Shown: in pieces, positions 13,101-22,020 of the stretch | How positions within the stretch are numbered: position 1 is the first letter of the stretch | Layout: each line of letters starts with the position of its first letter | DNA from: an uncultured Chloroflexia bacterium | GTDB lineage: Bacteria; Chloroflexota; Chloroflexia; QHBQ01; JADMIH01 | Assembly: GCA_963797095.1 (NCBI GenBank) | Contig: CAWCNY010000005.1 | Span: forward strand, 480,001 to 544,000 | Length of the DNA stretch: 64,000 nt | Direction: 5' to 3' | Position numbers and translations under genes: made by a program | Notes under the pieces: generated by a model | Database searches by the model: none | Seen by the model: the letters and a program-made list of their open reading frames with translations, nothing else | What the model was told of the DNA's origin: nothing

Positions 13101-16100
13101 GTGCTCCCTACCTGGGTGGTGAAGATACCGCACCCGTTGGCCCAGGCTGTACACCCGCTCAAGCCTGTGTCAGTGCGCTGGTCGTCCCAGTATGGGAGGA
13201 TGGCATAGTTCTCGGCAGCTGCAGGCAAGCAGGCATTGGTGAAGGCATTGCCGTTGGCGACAAAGCCCAAAGTGCCGTTGGAGCCGACGATGGCAGTGTT
13301 ATAGGAGTTGCCGTAGAAGCTCATCGCGAATGGCAGGTTGATGGTGGTGGTGACATCATCGCCATGGTTGCTCGTATCTGTGGTGCCAGGCACAATCGTG
13401 CCTGTGGCTGTGGCTATCGTGTAGCCAGCTACACACGCTGTCGGCGTGGCTGTCGCGCCCACAGGCGTGTTTGTCGAGGTAGAGGTGTTGGTGGCTCCCA
13501 CAGGCGTATTGGTCGCGGTTGCGCAAGGTACGATCGTTATGAACGACAATTCGGTTGTATTCACATCGGATGTGCTGCCGTCATACCCGGCAATCGAAAC
13601 CAGGTAGTTACCTGCCCTCGCACCGGCCTGGAGCGACCGCGCCACGTTCAGGTTGGGGCCTACGCTCCAGGTGTAGCCCGAGGTCTCGAATATCCGTGTG
13701 GTATTGACAGCGTTGGGTACCCTGCTCGCCGTGTGCTCGCGGGCCGAAAGTGTCTTACCATCTCCCAGGAACGGGGTACCGCCGCCGAAGATCACTATCT
13801 GGCTCCCGATCACACCCGTCCCAGGCTGAGCTACCGCCGTAGGCACAGATGTGCGAGTTGTCCAGGTGTTGGCTGCTATGTCATAGTCATAGACAGTCGC
13901 CACGGCAGTACCGCCGCTGTTAGCGCCACCGATGACATAAAGGTGCCCATTGACCACCCCGCTGCCCCCCGTCAACAAAGCAACAGGCATGTTCGCCCTG
14001 CTCGTATTCCAGGTGTTGGCTACAGGGTCGTACTCCCAGGTGGTGGCCTGGGCATTGGCGTAGCTTATGTCGGTGCTGCCACCCACCAGGTAGATCTTGC
14101 CGTTGTAATAGCCTTTACCGGCGAAGCGGTTGCGCGCCGCAGGCATGGCTGCTCCTGTGCTCCAGGTACCGCCTGCTATGTCGTAGATTCGGGTAGTGGA
14201 CAATCCGTTGCCCGGATTGTCGGCTCCGCCGAACACATATATCTTGTTATTGATAGGCGAGTAGACGGTGCCCACGCCATCTGCTGCCGGGCTCATCGCC
14301 GTCAGGCTGGTCCAGGTGTTGGTGGCCGGGTTGTAACGAGCGAACAGGCTAGACACGCTGCCTGCCACCCCGTCATACCCGCCTGCCGAGTAAGCATTGG
14401 TGCTATCGCCGTCAGCGTTGGGCGACTCGAGGCTTGCCGGTAGTGGATTACCAACAGTCCACGCGCCGATTGTGCCGTTAGCCGAGCATGTCGGTGTCGC
14501 AGTTGCTGCGCCGGCCGTGTTGGTTGGCGTGCTTGTCTGCGTATTGGTTGGCACCGCCGTATTTGTCTGCGTGGCCGTGGACGTAGCTGTAGAAGCCGGT
14601 GAGTTGGTAGGTGTTACTGATAAGGTGGGGGTCGAAGACGTGCAGGCTCCCAAAGTGTAGACGTACATCTGGCCCGTAGACACAGGCGGGCTCTGGCCGC
14701 CTGTGGTGTCGCAGGCTCCAATCACGGTGTACGAGGTGGGGTTCTTCTGCACTCCCACTGTTAGCTGGCTGTCGTTGGCTACTGTAGCCGCCACCATCGG
14801 ACCGTAGATCACGTCATAGCGTGTCTGCCCTTGATACAGGCGGATTTCGTAGTCGAGCAACGACTGTGTCTGCCCGGTCTGCCCGTAGTAGTTGGTGCGA
14901 TACTCAATGTTGAATATCTGGTTGGGTGAACTCCCTGATACCGAGGTGAAGATACCGCACCCTGTGCAAGGGGTATTGAAGCATGGCCCTGTGCACTGGT
15001 CTCCCCAGTATGGAGCTATTACATACGTACCCAGAGCATTGGGTATACAGGTTATGTTAAAGGTGGCGTTGGCGGTACCGAAGAAGAGGGCGCCGTTGGA
15101 GGCTACCTGGGCGCTCGTGTAGACGGTGTCGTAGAGTTGGTAGGGGAAGGGGAGAGTAATGGAGGTAAGCACGTCATCAGCATGGTTGCCGGTATCGGTA
15201 GTGCCGGGTACTATGGTGGCACCTGTGCTGAGTGAAGTATTGTAGTTCTGCGGGATCTGGCAGGTTGCAGTGGCTGTTGGCACGTTCACAGTGTTTGTCG
15301 CCGTGTTCGTTGCAGGCACCTGTGTGTTAGTTGCTGTGTTGGTAGATGTGTTGGTCGCTGGCACAGGTGTGTTCGTACTAGTGCTGGTCGAGGTCGAGGT
15401 AGCCGTCGGAGGCCCGCCCGCCGTGTACTCATAAGCACCTATAGTCGGCGGATTGCCTCTCACGAAACCCAGGATGTCGGTGGTAATACCCGCGATAGCC
15501 TGGCCCGCGCCAAACAGCTGCGAACCGGACAGGGGCTGCAAGTCTGTAGCCGACGTGTACATCGGATCTGCACTGATCGAGTTGAGGTCCTTGCCTGTGT
15601 TGGCCTGCCACGCTGCCAGCGTAGTCGAGTCGGTGCCCGCCGAGGCGGCCAGGCTGCCGAAGCGAGTGAGCTTGCCGTTCGCGCCACTGGTGTAAAGGTC
15701 GTTGTAGTTTATGGTGAGATTGCTTAACGGCAGAGCAGAAGCCAGGCCAATTGCGTAGCTTGAGGCTGCCGTGGTATTCGCGGCCGTCTGCGTGTTGTAC
15801 AGGCTGTTGTTGCGCACATCAACTATCGGGTTCGTACCTGCTATTGCCAGCGCGTAGCTGGGCATAGTAGCCGGTGTACTGATTGCATCGCGGAAACCGG
15901 TCATCGACACCGAGTTGAAGTATATCTGCGTATTCACGCCGAATGCGTTCACGCCCACCACGAAGATTCCAATGGTGACATCACTCGGGGTGGTGCCGTT
16001 CAACACTCCATAGATCGAGTTATTGGCGATCACATTGGTGCCCACAGTAGCCCCAACAACCAACATACCGATCGATGACCAGCCGGTGGTGCTGGGTTGC

Positions 16101-19100
16101 TGCACAGTGCCGATGTAGTTACCTGTGACAGAGGAATTCGATACCTCATTGCCGGCAGGCGCAAGGCTATTGCCACCGATCGAACCGCCGAGGTTTATGC
16201 CATACGAACCACCGCTGGCGAAGGTGGCAGCTACAACCGATGCCACGTTATTGCCAGTAATCTGAATGCCATCCTGGAAACCTACATCAATACCCACGCG
16301 ACCGACAGAGCCTCCGCCAGTGCTGCCCACCAAGTTACCTGTGATAACATTGCCCAGGTTCTTAATCGACGAGCTCGCGCCTTGAGAGTAGATGCCGATT
16401 TGCGTTGTGGTGACGAAGTTGTTCTGGAACGTATTGTTGTTATTGGCGGTACCCAGGCTGGATGTGCTGATGGTAGTGCTGCCAAAACCAACACCCGCCA
16501 CCGTTGTGCTGACTGCATTGCCCACCAAATTGAGGTTCTTGATTGTGTTGTTGCTGGCCGAAGCAGCCGTTCCTATCGACTGACCCCAGACAACCGCGCT
16601 GCTCGTCCCTGTATTAGTGTTGGTAAACGTCAGGTCGCGGCTGCTGCCGCCTGCGGTATTCGAGCCGTCAATGACTACATACTTTGCCCCGTTCAGTATG
16701 ATCAAAGCACTCGCCGACGACCCTGTGAACGACGGCGTTGAGTTCGCCGGTCCCACCGAAGGCTTGATGGTCAATGTATTTGCGGCGCTCGTGCCGATTC
16801 CTGTCAGTGTGATTGGGTAAGTCTCGCCCGCGTAAACGCCGTCGATGAGACTGAGGGTAACCGGCCCGCTCAAAGCACGCCCGTTGATGGCAGCAATGGC
16901 CGCTGTCAACGTGGTATAGGTACCCGCCGCACCTACCGTATAAGTGCCGCCCGCAATGTTAGCTGGCCCTTGCCCGGTTAGCGTGCCAACCGTGAAGAAG
17001 CCCGCTCCCGTCACCGGTGTTCCTGCAACAGAAGCTATAGTGGCTCCGGACACTGCGCCGCCGATCGAGTCATAAGACCCGCCCTGCGTAGCCGAATAGC
17101 CAATGGAGTTGACCCCGCTGATCGAGGGTTCGGTCAAGCGGACTGTGCTGGTGATGAAGTTGGCCGCGCCACTGACAAATTGCGTCGACCAGTAACGATC
17201 ATTACGAATGCCGTCCAGGCCGGTTCCCGCAGAGCCGCCCGAGCTGGCATCGAACACTTCCCCGCGCACAACAACTGTGCCACCGGCGCTGGTGGTCGGG
17301 TTCACCAGTTCCAGCATCTTAAGGGAGCCCTTGCCTACCGGGAACGTATAAGTGCTGCCTACTGCAAGTGACGCCGGAAGGGTGCGCTCCAACGGACCGT
17401 TGACATAGCTGGCTGCGTTGCCGCCGGAAACAGCCGTGGTGTTCGTTGCCGTCAGGGTCAGCAAGTTAACCGCACTGGTAGTGAGCACACCACTGACGAG
17501 CGTCAGTGCTCCGGACGTGGCCGTCGCGGTTAGCGGTCCGCCCGCCAGGGTGACACCGAATTCGTTGGAGATCGAGATAAGATTGACGGTGCGCGTAGCC
17601 GGAATCTCAGGGCCGGTGGAGATGTTGCTGTTCGCAGGCGCATAGATCACGTTCAGGCCACCCGTGCCAACGTTGAAGGTAGGTGAGACATCGAGTGTGC
17701 CGGCGGGCAGAGCAAAGCCGTTGGTGGTGCCGTTGCCGCGCTGGACTATTCCGGTAGAAGCGCCACCGATGCCAAGGGTGATATTGTTGGCACCTGTGAT
17801 CGCACCGAATAGAGCGTTTATTCGCAATGTGTACAATGTCGAAACACCGGGCGTAATGGTGAGACCACCGGCGTTCTGTAGTTGCAATGTACCGATAGGG
17901 TTAGTGACGCTGCCGAACGTGCCCGTACCCGCGTAGGTCTGGGCGGGACTTGTCCCCAGGTTGCCCGCAAAGGCCACGATACCCGTATTGGAGCTCGTGT
18001 TGACAATTGCGCCATTATTGATCAAAGTGGGGCCAATCTGCACCAGGGCTTGCGCCGTGCCGGGGTTCGTATTGAGAGTAGTGCCGGTGTTGATCGTCAG
18101 ATTGCCCCACACATTGGTCTGGCCGGTCAGGTTAAGGGTCTTGGCGTTCGTCGTATTGTCGATGACCAGGTGAGGCAGCTGGCCCTGAGCGCGGAAGGTG
18201 AAGGTTCCGGCGGTGGCAGCCGTGCCGATATTCAGCGTACCACCGGTGAAGTTCATCGTGCCAGCGACGTTGTAGTCGGCGGTCGCCAACCCATTGTTTT
18301 GCACGAGGTTGATTGTGCCACCCGAATAATTTGAGATGGTCGATGCCGAGGTAAAGCCGTAGGACGGTGTGGTCGAGCAGGTACCCGCCATACAGACATT
18401 GATGACGCCGCCGGACAAGTTGACAGTCACGGCGTTGGCGGTGGCCATGCGCCCTGCCAAATTCAGGGTTCCGCCCTCGAAGGTGAACATTGCGCCCGTG
18501 CCTGCGCCCAGCACGTTCGTGCCAACAGTACCAATATTCCAGGTGCCGTCGCTCAGTCTAAACAAACCGTTGTTTGTGGGCGAGCCTGCCTGTCCGAAAA
18601 TAGAGGCGTTGGAGTCATTAAGCCGGAACGCGCCCGTTGCCGGGATTGTAAATGCGGCTGCGGCAAATACCGGGTTCGAGAAAGCGCTTGATCCCCCAAT
18701 CTCGAACGTGCCATTGGAAATCGCGAGGAAGCCCAGTGCACTCCCACCCTGTACGGTGAAGGCACCGGCGCCGGGCGTGAAGGTAAGCGTGGAGGCGTTA
18801 GACGTGCCCTTGTCGACGGTCACGCCCGTGGCCGACTTCAGGTTAGTGGCCCCGCTACCGCTCCAGTTGGCGCTGCCGGCACCTGTGAAGGTAATGGCAA
18901 CCTGGGAGGTGTCGGCGTTTTGGCTGAAGTCTATCGCACCGGTGTTGATCAAACTCCCGCCAATCGAGAGGGCGTGAGTGACGACAGCACCGGCGGGGTT
19001 AGCCTGGAAAGTGCCCCCGGCGGCAACAGTCACATTCCCACCTACCGTCAACGATTGGGCGGTAGCCGGGTCATATTGCAAGACGCCCGAAGTGCCCTGG

Positions 19101-19654
19101 CCGACCGTGAGATTGAGGGCCACGGCGGCAGTATCGATAGTGATCGTGTGGCCGTTGGCGATAATCACGTCATCAGCGGCTGTGGGCACGAAGCCGCACG
19201 ACCACGTAGCTGGATTGTTCCAGTTGCCTGATCCATTTGAGATACAGGTAGCGAGAGGAGTTTTCGGGGGTGCAAGCGGTGCCGGTGGCAGAAGCTTAAC
19301 GCTTGGTGGACTCTGCGGAGGGGCTGAAGGCTGCGACCCCGGAAACGGTTTCGGGCCAACGTTTGTGTCCGCCGCACTATCCGGGTATGCTTCGATCGCG
19401 GAATCTGCCAGAGTTGTAGCTTCAGATTGCTTCTGGCTCGTGCCCTGGTCCTGTTGGCCCTGGTCCTTGCTCTCGGTCTGGCCCTGCCCCTTAGCCTGTT
19501 GGCTGAGCGGCGCGGGCACTCCCGCAGGCACTCCTGCGGGCACGCTTGCCGGCAGCCCCGCCATCGCTACACCGCTTAGCCCCATTGTAGCGATCAACAG
19601 CATTAAGACTGTTATGAGCCGCCAGGTATTGCGCCTGCTAGTCTCTTCTCCCAT
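7184..19654 (-). CDS. giant (4156 aa) secreted surface protein: beta-helix-like N-terminal region, 5 Kelch propellers, 3 repeated beta modules, Thr/Pro linkers, SLH-like C-terminus
   Basis: Single ORF with signal peptide; Kelch signatures (GG..Y.P.tntW); repeated TIVPGTT..DD modules; C-terminal FTDVHPTDWF/TRGQ repeats. Confidence 0.9.
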   Translation of the reverse strand: MGEETSRRNTWRLITVLMLLIATMGLSGVAMAGLPASVPAGVPAGVPAPLSQQAKGQGQTESKDQGQQDQGTSQKQSEATTLADSAIEAYPDSAADTNVGPKPFPGSQPSAPPQSPPSVKLLPPAPLAPPKTPLATCISNGSGNWNNPATWSCGFVPTAADDVIIANGHTITIDTAAVALNLTVGQGTSGVLQYDPATAQSLTVGGNVTVAAGGTFQANPAGAVVTHALSIGGSLINTGAIDFSQNADTSQVAITFTGAGSANWSGSGATNLKSATGVTVDKGTSNASTLTFTPGAGAFTVQGGSALGFLAISNGTFEIGGSSAFSNPVFAAAAFTIPATGAFRLNDSNASIFGQAGSPTNNGLFRLSDGTWNIGTVGTNVLGAGTGAMFTFEGGTLNLAGRMATANAVTVNLSGGVINVCMAGTCSTTPSYGFTSASTISNYSGGTINLVQNNGLATADYNVAGTMNFTGGTLNIGTAATAGTFTFRAQGQLPHLVIDNTTNAKTLNLTGQTNVWGNLTINTGTTLNTNPGTAQALVQIGPTLINNGAIVNTSSNTGIVAFAGNLGTSPAQTYAGTGTFGSVTNPIGTLQLQNAGGLTITPGVSTLYTLRINALFGAITGANNITLGIGGASTGIVQRGNGTTNGFALPAGTLDVSPTFNVGTGGLNVIYAPANSNISTGPEIPATRTVNLISISNEFGVTLAGGPLTATATSGALTLVSGVLTTSAVNLLTLTATNTTAVSGGNAASYVNGPLERTLPASLAVGSTYTFPVGKGSLKMLELVNPTTSAGGTVVVRGEVFDASSGGSAGTGLDGIRNDRYWSTQFVSGAANFITSTVRLTEPSISGVNSIGYSATQGGSYDSIGGAVSGATIASVAGTPVTGAGFFTVGTLTGQGPANIAGGTYTVGAAGTYTTLTAAIAAINGRALSGPVTLSLIDGVYAGETYPITLTGIGTSAANTLTIKPSVGPANSTPSFTGSSASALIILNGAKYVVIDGSNTAGGSSRDLTFTNTNTGTSSAVVWGQSIGTAASASNNTIKNLNLVGNAVSTTVAGVGFGSTTISTSSLGTANNNNTFQNNFVTTTQIGIYSQGASSSIKNLGNVITGNLVGSTGGGSVGRVGIDVGFQDGIQITGNNVASVVAATFASGGSYGINLGGSIGGNSLAPAGNEVSNSSVTGNYIGTVQQPSTTGWSSIGMLVVGATVGTNVIANNSIYGVLNGTTPSDVTIGIFVVGVNAFGVNTQIYFNSVSMTGFRDAISTPATMPSYALAIAGTNPIVDVRNNSLYNTQTAANTTAASSYAIGLASALPLSNLTINYNDLYTSGANGKLTRFGSLAASAGTDSTTLAAWQANTGKDLNSISADPMYTSATDLQPLSGSQLFGAGQAIAGITTDILGFVRGNPPTIGAYEYTAGGPPTATSTSTSTSTNTPVPATNTSTNTATNTQVPATNTATNTVNVPTATATCQIPQNYNTSLSTGATIVPGTTDTGNHADDVLTSITLPFPYQLYDTVYTSAQVASNGALFFGTANATFNITCIPNALGTYVIAPYWGDQCTGPCFNTPCTGCGIFTSVSGSSPNQIFNIEYRTNYYGQTGQTQSLLDYEIRLYQGQTRYDVIYGPMVAATVANDSQLTVGVQKNPTSYTVIGACDTTGGQSPPVSTGQMYVYTLGACTSSTPTLSVTPTNSPASTATSTATQTNTAVPTNTQTSTPTNTAGAATATPTCSANGTIGAWTVGNPLPASLESPNADGDSTNAYSAGGYDGVAGSVSSLFARYNPATNTWTSLTAMSPAADGVGTVYSPINNKIYVFGGADNPGNGLSTTRIYDIAGGTWSTGAAMPAARNRFAGKGYYNGKIYLVGGSTDISYANAQATTWEYDPVANTWNTSRANMPVALLTGGSGVVNGHLYVIGGANSGGTAVATVYDYDIAANTWTTRTSVPTAVAQPGTGVIGSQIVIFGGGTPFLGDGKTLSAREHTASRVPNAVNTTRIFETSGYTWSVGPNLNVARSLQAGARAGNYLVSIAGYDGSTSDVNTTELSFITIVPCATATNTPVGATNTSTSTNTPVGATATPTACVAGYTIATATGTIVPGTTDTSNHGDDVTTTINLPFAMSFYGNSYNTAIVGSNGTLGFVANGNAFTNACLPAAAENYAILPYWDDQRTDTGLSGCTAWANGCGIFTTQVGSTFYIDYHTVLFADNSVPLEYEIILTQGSSSFSVVYGTGITDTGSETIGVQKDTGSVFTQYKCNTASPAITGGLQLNFIAGSCGPTNTPAATNTPAPLTSTPTGTNTPSGATATATPCVPAVWTIKAPFGAGPVVRGLGVWYPNNSKFYVLGGRSTDVAGSDYLNPHEYDPVADTWITKTAVFTDAQVNNIVGGVMTVPGFANPVIVMVGGSAAGAATSSNAVRVYDPIADTITTLGDNWPQAPTASTLPGGGAIYQNKLYILGGFNINVSMINTIWVFDPSQPAGSRWTLKSATLPVAMGYIPATTVGSMIYIGGGSLYTTTIVDSNNSYAYNPVADTITTIATIPRATGETRAVTIGGQMWVLGGGRTAPNPSTEVDIYDPGTDTWSLGLPMASAARNAAADTDGSRVFVAGGYGTAGTPTNITQVYAGGGCASATPTAVGPSPTPCSVGGIPGPWATSTTGPSARYRNTGISDGTYVYVMGGGTSSGTYLNDLWRWDPTGQTWTQLANMPTAKQNAQAAYWNGKIYLPGGYIGTHITENAIYDIASNTWSTGAPLPAARSGMSAAYNGKIYVVGGNPVPFNDIIVYDIATDSWSTAGATLPVGLAYGRAITVGSYIYVIGGIAGGTTVGTVYRYDPVADVVTTMAPLQQARTWEELMSDGTSIFAVAGGGPGTSYFNGVPLANTVEIYDIATDSWTYGNPVVTTASSVGGGSAGGKLMIQGGVDGVSYYDLVQVSTLQGGGGCTPVPTNTPGGPTNTPLPSATPTTCVANYTLTTSTGATIVPGTTMVSGSNCDDCVNPAAIPFPFTFYGNSYSSVNVDSNGTLQFVSSTSTFTNACEPYASHNYVIHAYWDDLLLTTAGDGIYTSVSGSAPNRIFNVEWRGCYYSGGVCGTRVSFEARLYEGTGQIDVIYATVGNGNSSATGGVQKDTGSLFLQAFCNGSGQPVSAGSMFTYMPGSCATGTPATATPTNTPGGATATPTCVAGGVWTPGAALPGARLRYGFAQNGNDLYVIGGLDATFASTTANSRYNAATNTWTTLAPVPASSEANSCAYLSGFIYCTQGFDGPGFYIYNVGTDTWTTGPSVPGVTDTYGSAVGASGTNVYVVGGGSGGASTSVEVYSTTGNTWSSGTAAPSPYLLGGYTSVGQYLYAIGSYGATPLTKGTNPNTNPNLPASSIKNARQDKVEAPDANSTASLRLDMSSGTWTSGPTWTQGRADMALAYDPAGGKLYAIGGDAQNGTYFDFTNAVDEYSVSAWPGGSFTASAPLLPTGRQANQAGFYSTGRAGGEIWSTGGYNGGALAEHLYRGTGGCGATATPTPVGPSPTPTCIAGGASWGAGPDFNDPLGNIRGLGVYFPPTGKFYVIGGRDSDSAGSDSINPHIYDPVANSWSTASSTVVPDNQVNNMGGGVVTVSGTPMIVVVGGSAAGATTGTSAVRYYNPSTDTWTDISSTDAWPAPTDTLPGGYAVVNNKLYILGGFTINIGMTQEVWEFDPNGTAGSRWTLKGSTLLPQPLGYIPTAAIGGMIYTAGGSGWDGTTIFDTDYSYKYDPTTNTLTTITSIPRLTAETRALTMGGEMWVMGGGRDAPNPSNEVDVYDPGTDSWSVGTPFVTARRNFAVDTDGGGTIWLVGGYAPSTATANMEIYTSGGGCVTPTETPTTPPSTNTPTDTPVAPSATNTQVPGTATDTPVVPPTDTDTPVVPPTDTDTPIVPPTDTAVVPPTDTAVVPPTATDTAVVPTATATATACPVDFTDVHPTDWFYEYVQWMYCHGVVNGYSTSPPCDTGTPCFKPGNPTTRGQLAKIVVLAFNFTIDTTGGPHFQDVPIGHTFYVHVETAYNLGLIVGYPCGGPGEPCGAGSKPYYRPASYVTRGQITKIVVGAAVLADPSNWTLENPPTNTFEDVAVGSTFYQYIETAYSHGVIEGYPCGTPPAGPCVAPGNKPYFLPNADATRAQISKIAYLSVLYTPSAAKPNN

Positions 19655-19945
19655 CTCAATCTCCTTCCTGCTCTCCCGTAAATGACAGTGCCGCTTTCCA
19701 CGCCAACATGCCCACCCTACATTCGGGCGGGCTAATGTTTCCCCTATATAGTTCTAGCCATTACCAAAAGCCGGTACAGATCCATGTGCCAACTTTCTTC
19801 CTGTCAGCCCATGAGCTTGTTGCATTCCACACACACCGTTGTATGGGACGATCATATAGATCGCAACAAAAGCCATTGCGACAAGAGACTAGAATCCGGA
19901 TGCATCAGAAATATCTTCCCTGATGTAACTCATCCGGATTGAGCG

Positions 19946-19974
19946 ATTATATCCTACTCCCAACCGCCCGTCAA
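19946..19974 (-). promoter_or_regulatory. sigma70-type promoter for the giant gene
   Basis: Minus strand TTGACG-17 nt-TATAAT, about 290 nt upstream of the ATG. Confidence 0.7.
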
Positions 19975-20384
19975 TAGATTTCGGGACCAATTCCTGACCT
20001 TTGGTCCGGCGAATTTTGTTTTCTCCTACTGATCCATAGTCGATCGATTATCAAACACGTGTTGCAGGCTTTAACATTTAATCCTTTACTCCAGATTTAT
20101 CTATATATGTTGCCGCCCCACCAGTCGGTTTATGTGTGTTATCCTATCCTACCACTAAGGCATCTCTTATCCGGCCCGGCCATTCACCGAACATACACCC
20201 ATTTATACTGCCCCTTCCACCTTGATCCTGTAAATAATAAAGGAGGGCTAGCACTTGTTCACCGCACAAGTGTTAGCCTCTTCTCTATTCCTGCAGCTAT
20301 GTGCGCTGCCTCGTCTCCTTGAATATGCCGCCCCGCTCGATTGGCCCGCTCGATTGAGATGATGACCTCTCGCTCCGTAGGCCC

Positions 20385-20434
20385 TTGACACGAACTAGAA
20401 CAAGCGCTACAATCTTGACTGACCAATCAATCAA
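20385..20434 (+). promoter_or_regulatory. tetR promoter and probable operator
   Basis: TTGACA-17-TACAAT (20385-20413), followed by imperfect palindrome TTGACTGACCAATCAATCAA (20415-20434). Confidence 0.65.
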
Positions 20435-20452
20435 CAAACCGCAGTGTAAGCC

Positions 20453-21091
20453 ATGCCACCAAGAGACGAACGAGACTATGAAGCCCGTCGCCAGCAGATT
20501 ATGGATGCGGCGCTGGAGGTCTTTGCCAGCAAAGGCTTCGAAAAAGCCACTAACAAAGACATCGCCCAGGCCGCCCACATCAAATCCCCCGGCCTCATCT
20601 ACCACTACTTCAAAGACAAATTCGATCTCTTGCGCCACATCATCCAGCAGCGCGCCCCCGCCCTCCAGCTAATAACTCACTCCGAAGAATTGATGGATAG
20701 GCCCCCACGCGAAGTTCTTCCCCTCTTTGCCGACAGCTTTATCAGAACCCTCACCGACGAAACCACCCTCTCCGGCTTCAAGCTCCTCCTCGGCGAGTCG
20801 CTTCGCAAGCCCCTGGTAGCCGATATGTTCAACAGGATCGGCCCTCGCCGCGCCTTCTCATTCCTCACCAGCTATTTTCAGCATCAAATGGACCTCGGCA
20901 ACCTCCGCCCAATGGACCCCGGAGCAGCCGTCCGCTGCTTCGTCGGCCCCATGGTCATCTTCGTCCTCACTCGCGAGGTCTTCCCCCAGGCCGATAAGGA
21001 CACCCTATCACCCCAAACTATGGTCGATACCATGATCGACATCTTCCTGAGAGGTATGCAACCCAACTCCATCGTCCCGCCCCCACCCTGA
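20453..21091 (+). CDS. TetR/AcrR family transcriptional regulator
   Basis: RQQIMDAALEVFASKGFEKATNKDIA...GLIYHYFKDK HTH. Confidence 0.93.
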   Translation: MPPRDERDYEARRQQIMDAALEVFASKGFEKATNKDIAQAAHIKSPGLIYHYFKDKFDLLRHIIQQRAPALQLITHSEELMDRPPREVLPLFADSFIRTLTDETTLSGFKLLLGESLRKPLVADMFNRIGPRRAFSFLTSYFQHQMDLGNLRPMDPGAAVRCFVGPMVIFVLTREVFPQADKDTLSPQTMVDTMIDIFLRGMQPNSIVPPPP

Positions 21092-21150
21092 TCCATATCT
21101 TCTTACCTCCTTATTAATTGAACATTCAATCAAACTACAAGGGAGACACC

Positions 21151-21936
21151 ATGATCGCAAACCAGACCACGCCTCACTCACCCAACCATCAGAACAGCGA
21201 CTTCGTCGTGCAGGCCGACAACCTCACCAAGCAGTTCGGCGATATACATGCCCTCGACGGCTTTACCCTCAATATCAAGCGTGGAGAATCGTTCGGCCTG
21301 CTTGGCCCCAACGGCGCGGGCAAAACCACCTTCATCCGCATGATCGCGGGCCTAGTCCTGCCCACATCCGGCTCTCTTCAGGTGCTCGGCCAATCTGTGC
21401 CCGCCCACGCGGCTGCGGTGCGCCCCAAAATAGGCTATATGACCCAGCTTCAGGCCCTCTACACCGACCTCTCGGTCTGGGAAAACGTCCAATTCTTCGC
21501 CCTTGTGTTCGGCCTCAACAAAAAACCTGAGCGCGACCGCCGCATCGAGGAGGTCCTTACCCTGGTCGAATTGCTCCCGCGCAAAGACTCCCTGGTCAGC
21601 AACCTGAGCGGCGGCCTGAAGCAGCGCCTCTCACTTGCCTGCTCCCTTGTCCACAACCCCCTCCTTCTCCTCCTTGACGAGCCGACCGTGGGCGTTGACC
21701 CACAGTTGCGCCAGAGCTTCTGGGGCTACTTCCGCACCCTCAACGCCAGGGGCGTGACCATAGTGGTCTCAAGCCACGTGATGGACGAAGCCGACCGCTG
21801 CGACCGCCTCGGCCTCATCCAGTATGGCAAACTCCTGGCCATCGGAACCCCCCTCGAAATCCGCCAACAAGGCGGCAGCGACAACCTCGAAGAAGCTTTC
21901 CTGACCCTCGCCACGACAAAGGAAGGTAATCGGTAA
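21151..21936 (+). CDS. ABC exporter ATP-binding protein
   Basis: GPNGAGKT, LSGG, LLLLDEPT; AGGGAG before ATG 21151. Confidence 0.93.
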   Translation: MIANQTTPHSPNHQNSDFVVQADNLTKQFGDIHALDGFTLNIKRGESFGLLGPNGAGKTTFIRMIAGLVLPTSGSLQVLGQSVPAHAAAVRPKIGYMTQLQALYTDLSVWENVQFFALVFGLNKKPERDRRIEEVLTLVELLPRKDSLVSNLSGGLKQRLSLACSLVHNPLLLLLDEPTVGVDPQLRQSFWGYFRTLNARGVTIVVSSHVMDEADRCDRLGLIQYGKLLAIGTPLEIRQQGGSDNLEEAFLTLATTKEGNR

Positions 21937-22020
21937 GAGAAACCAAGAATCGGCAAGTATCGTCCTCCGACTACCGGCTACCAGGAATCAGGAACTAGAA
22001 ACTACTACCAAGGAGCCTCA

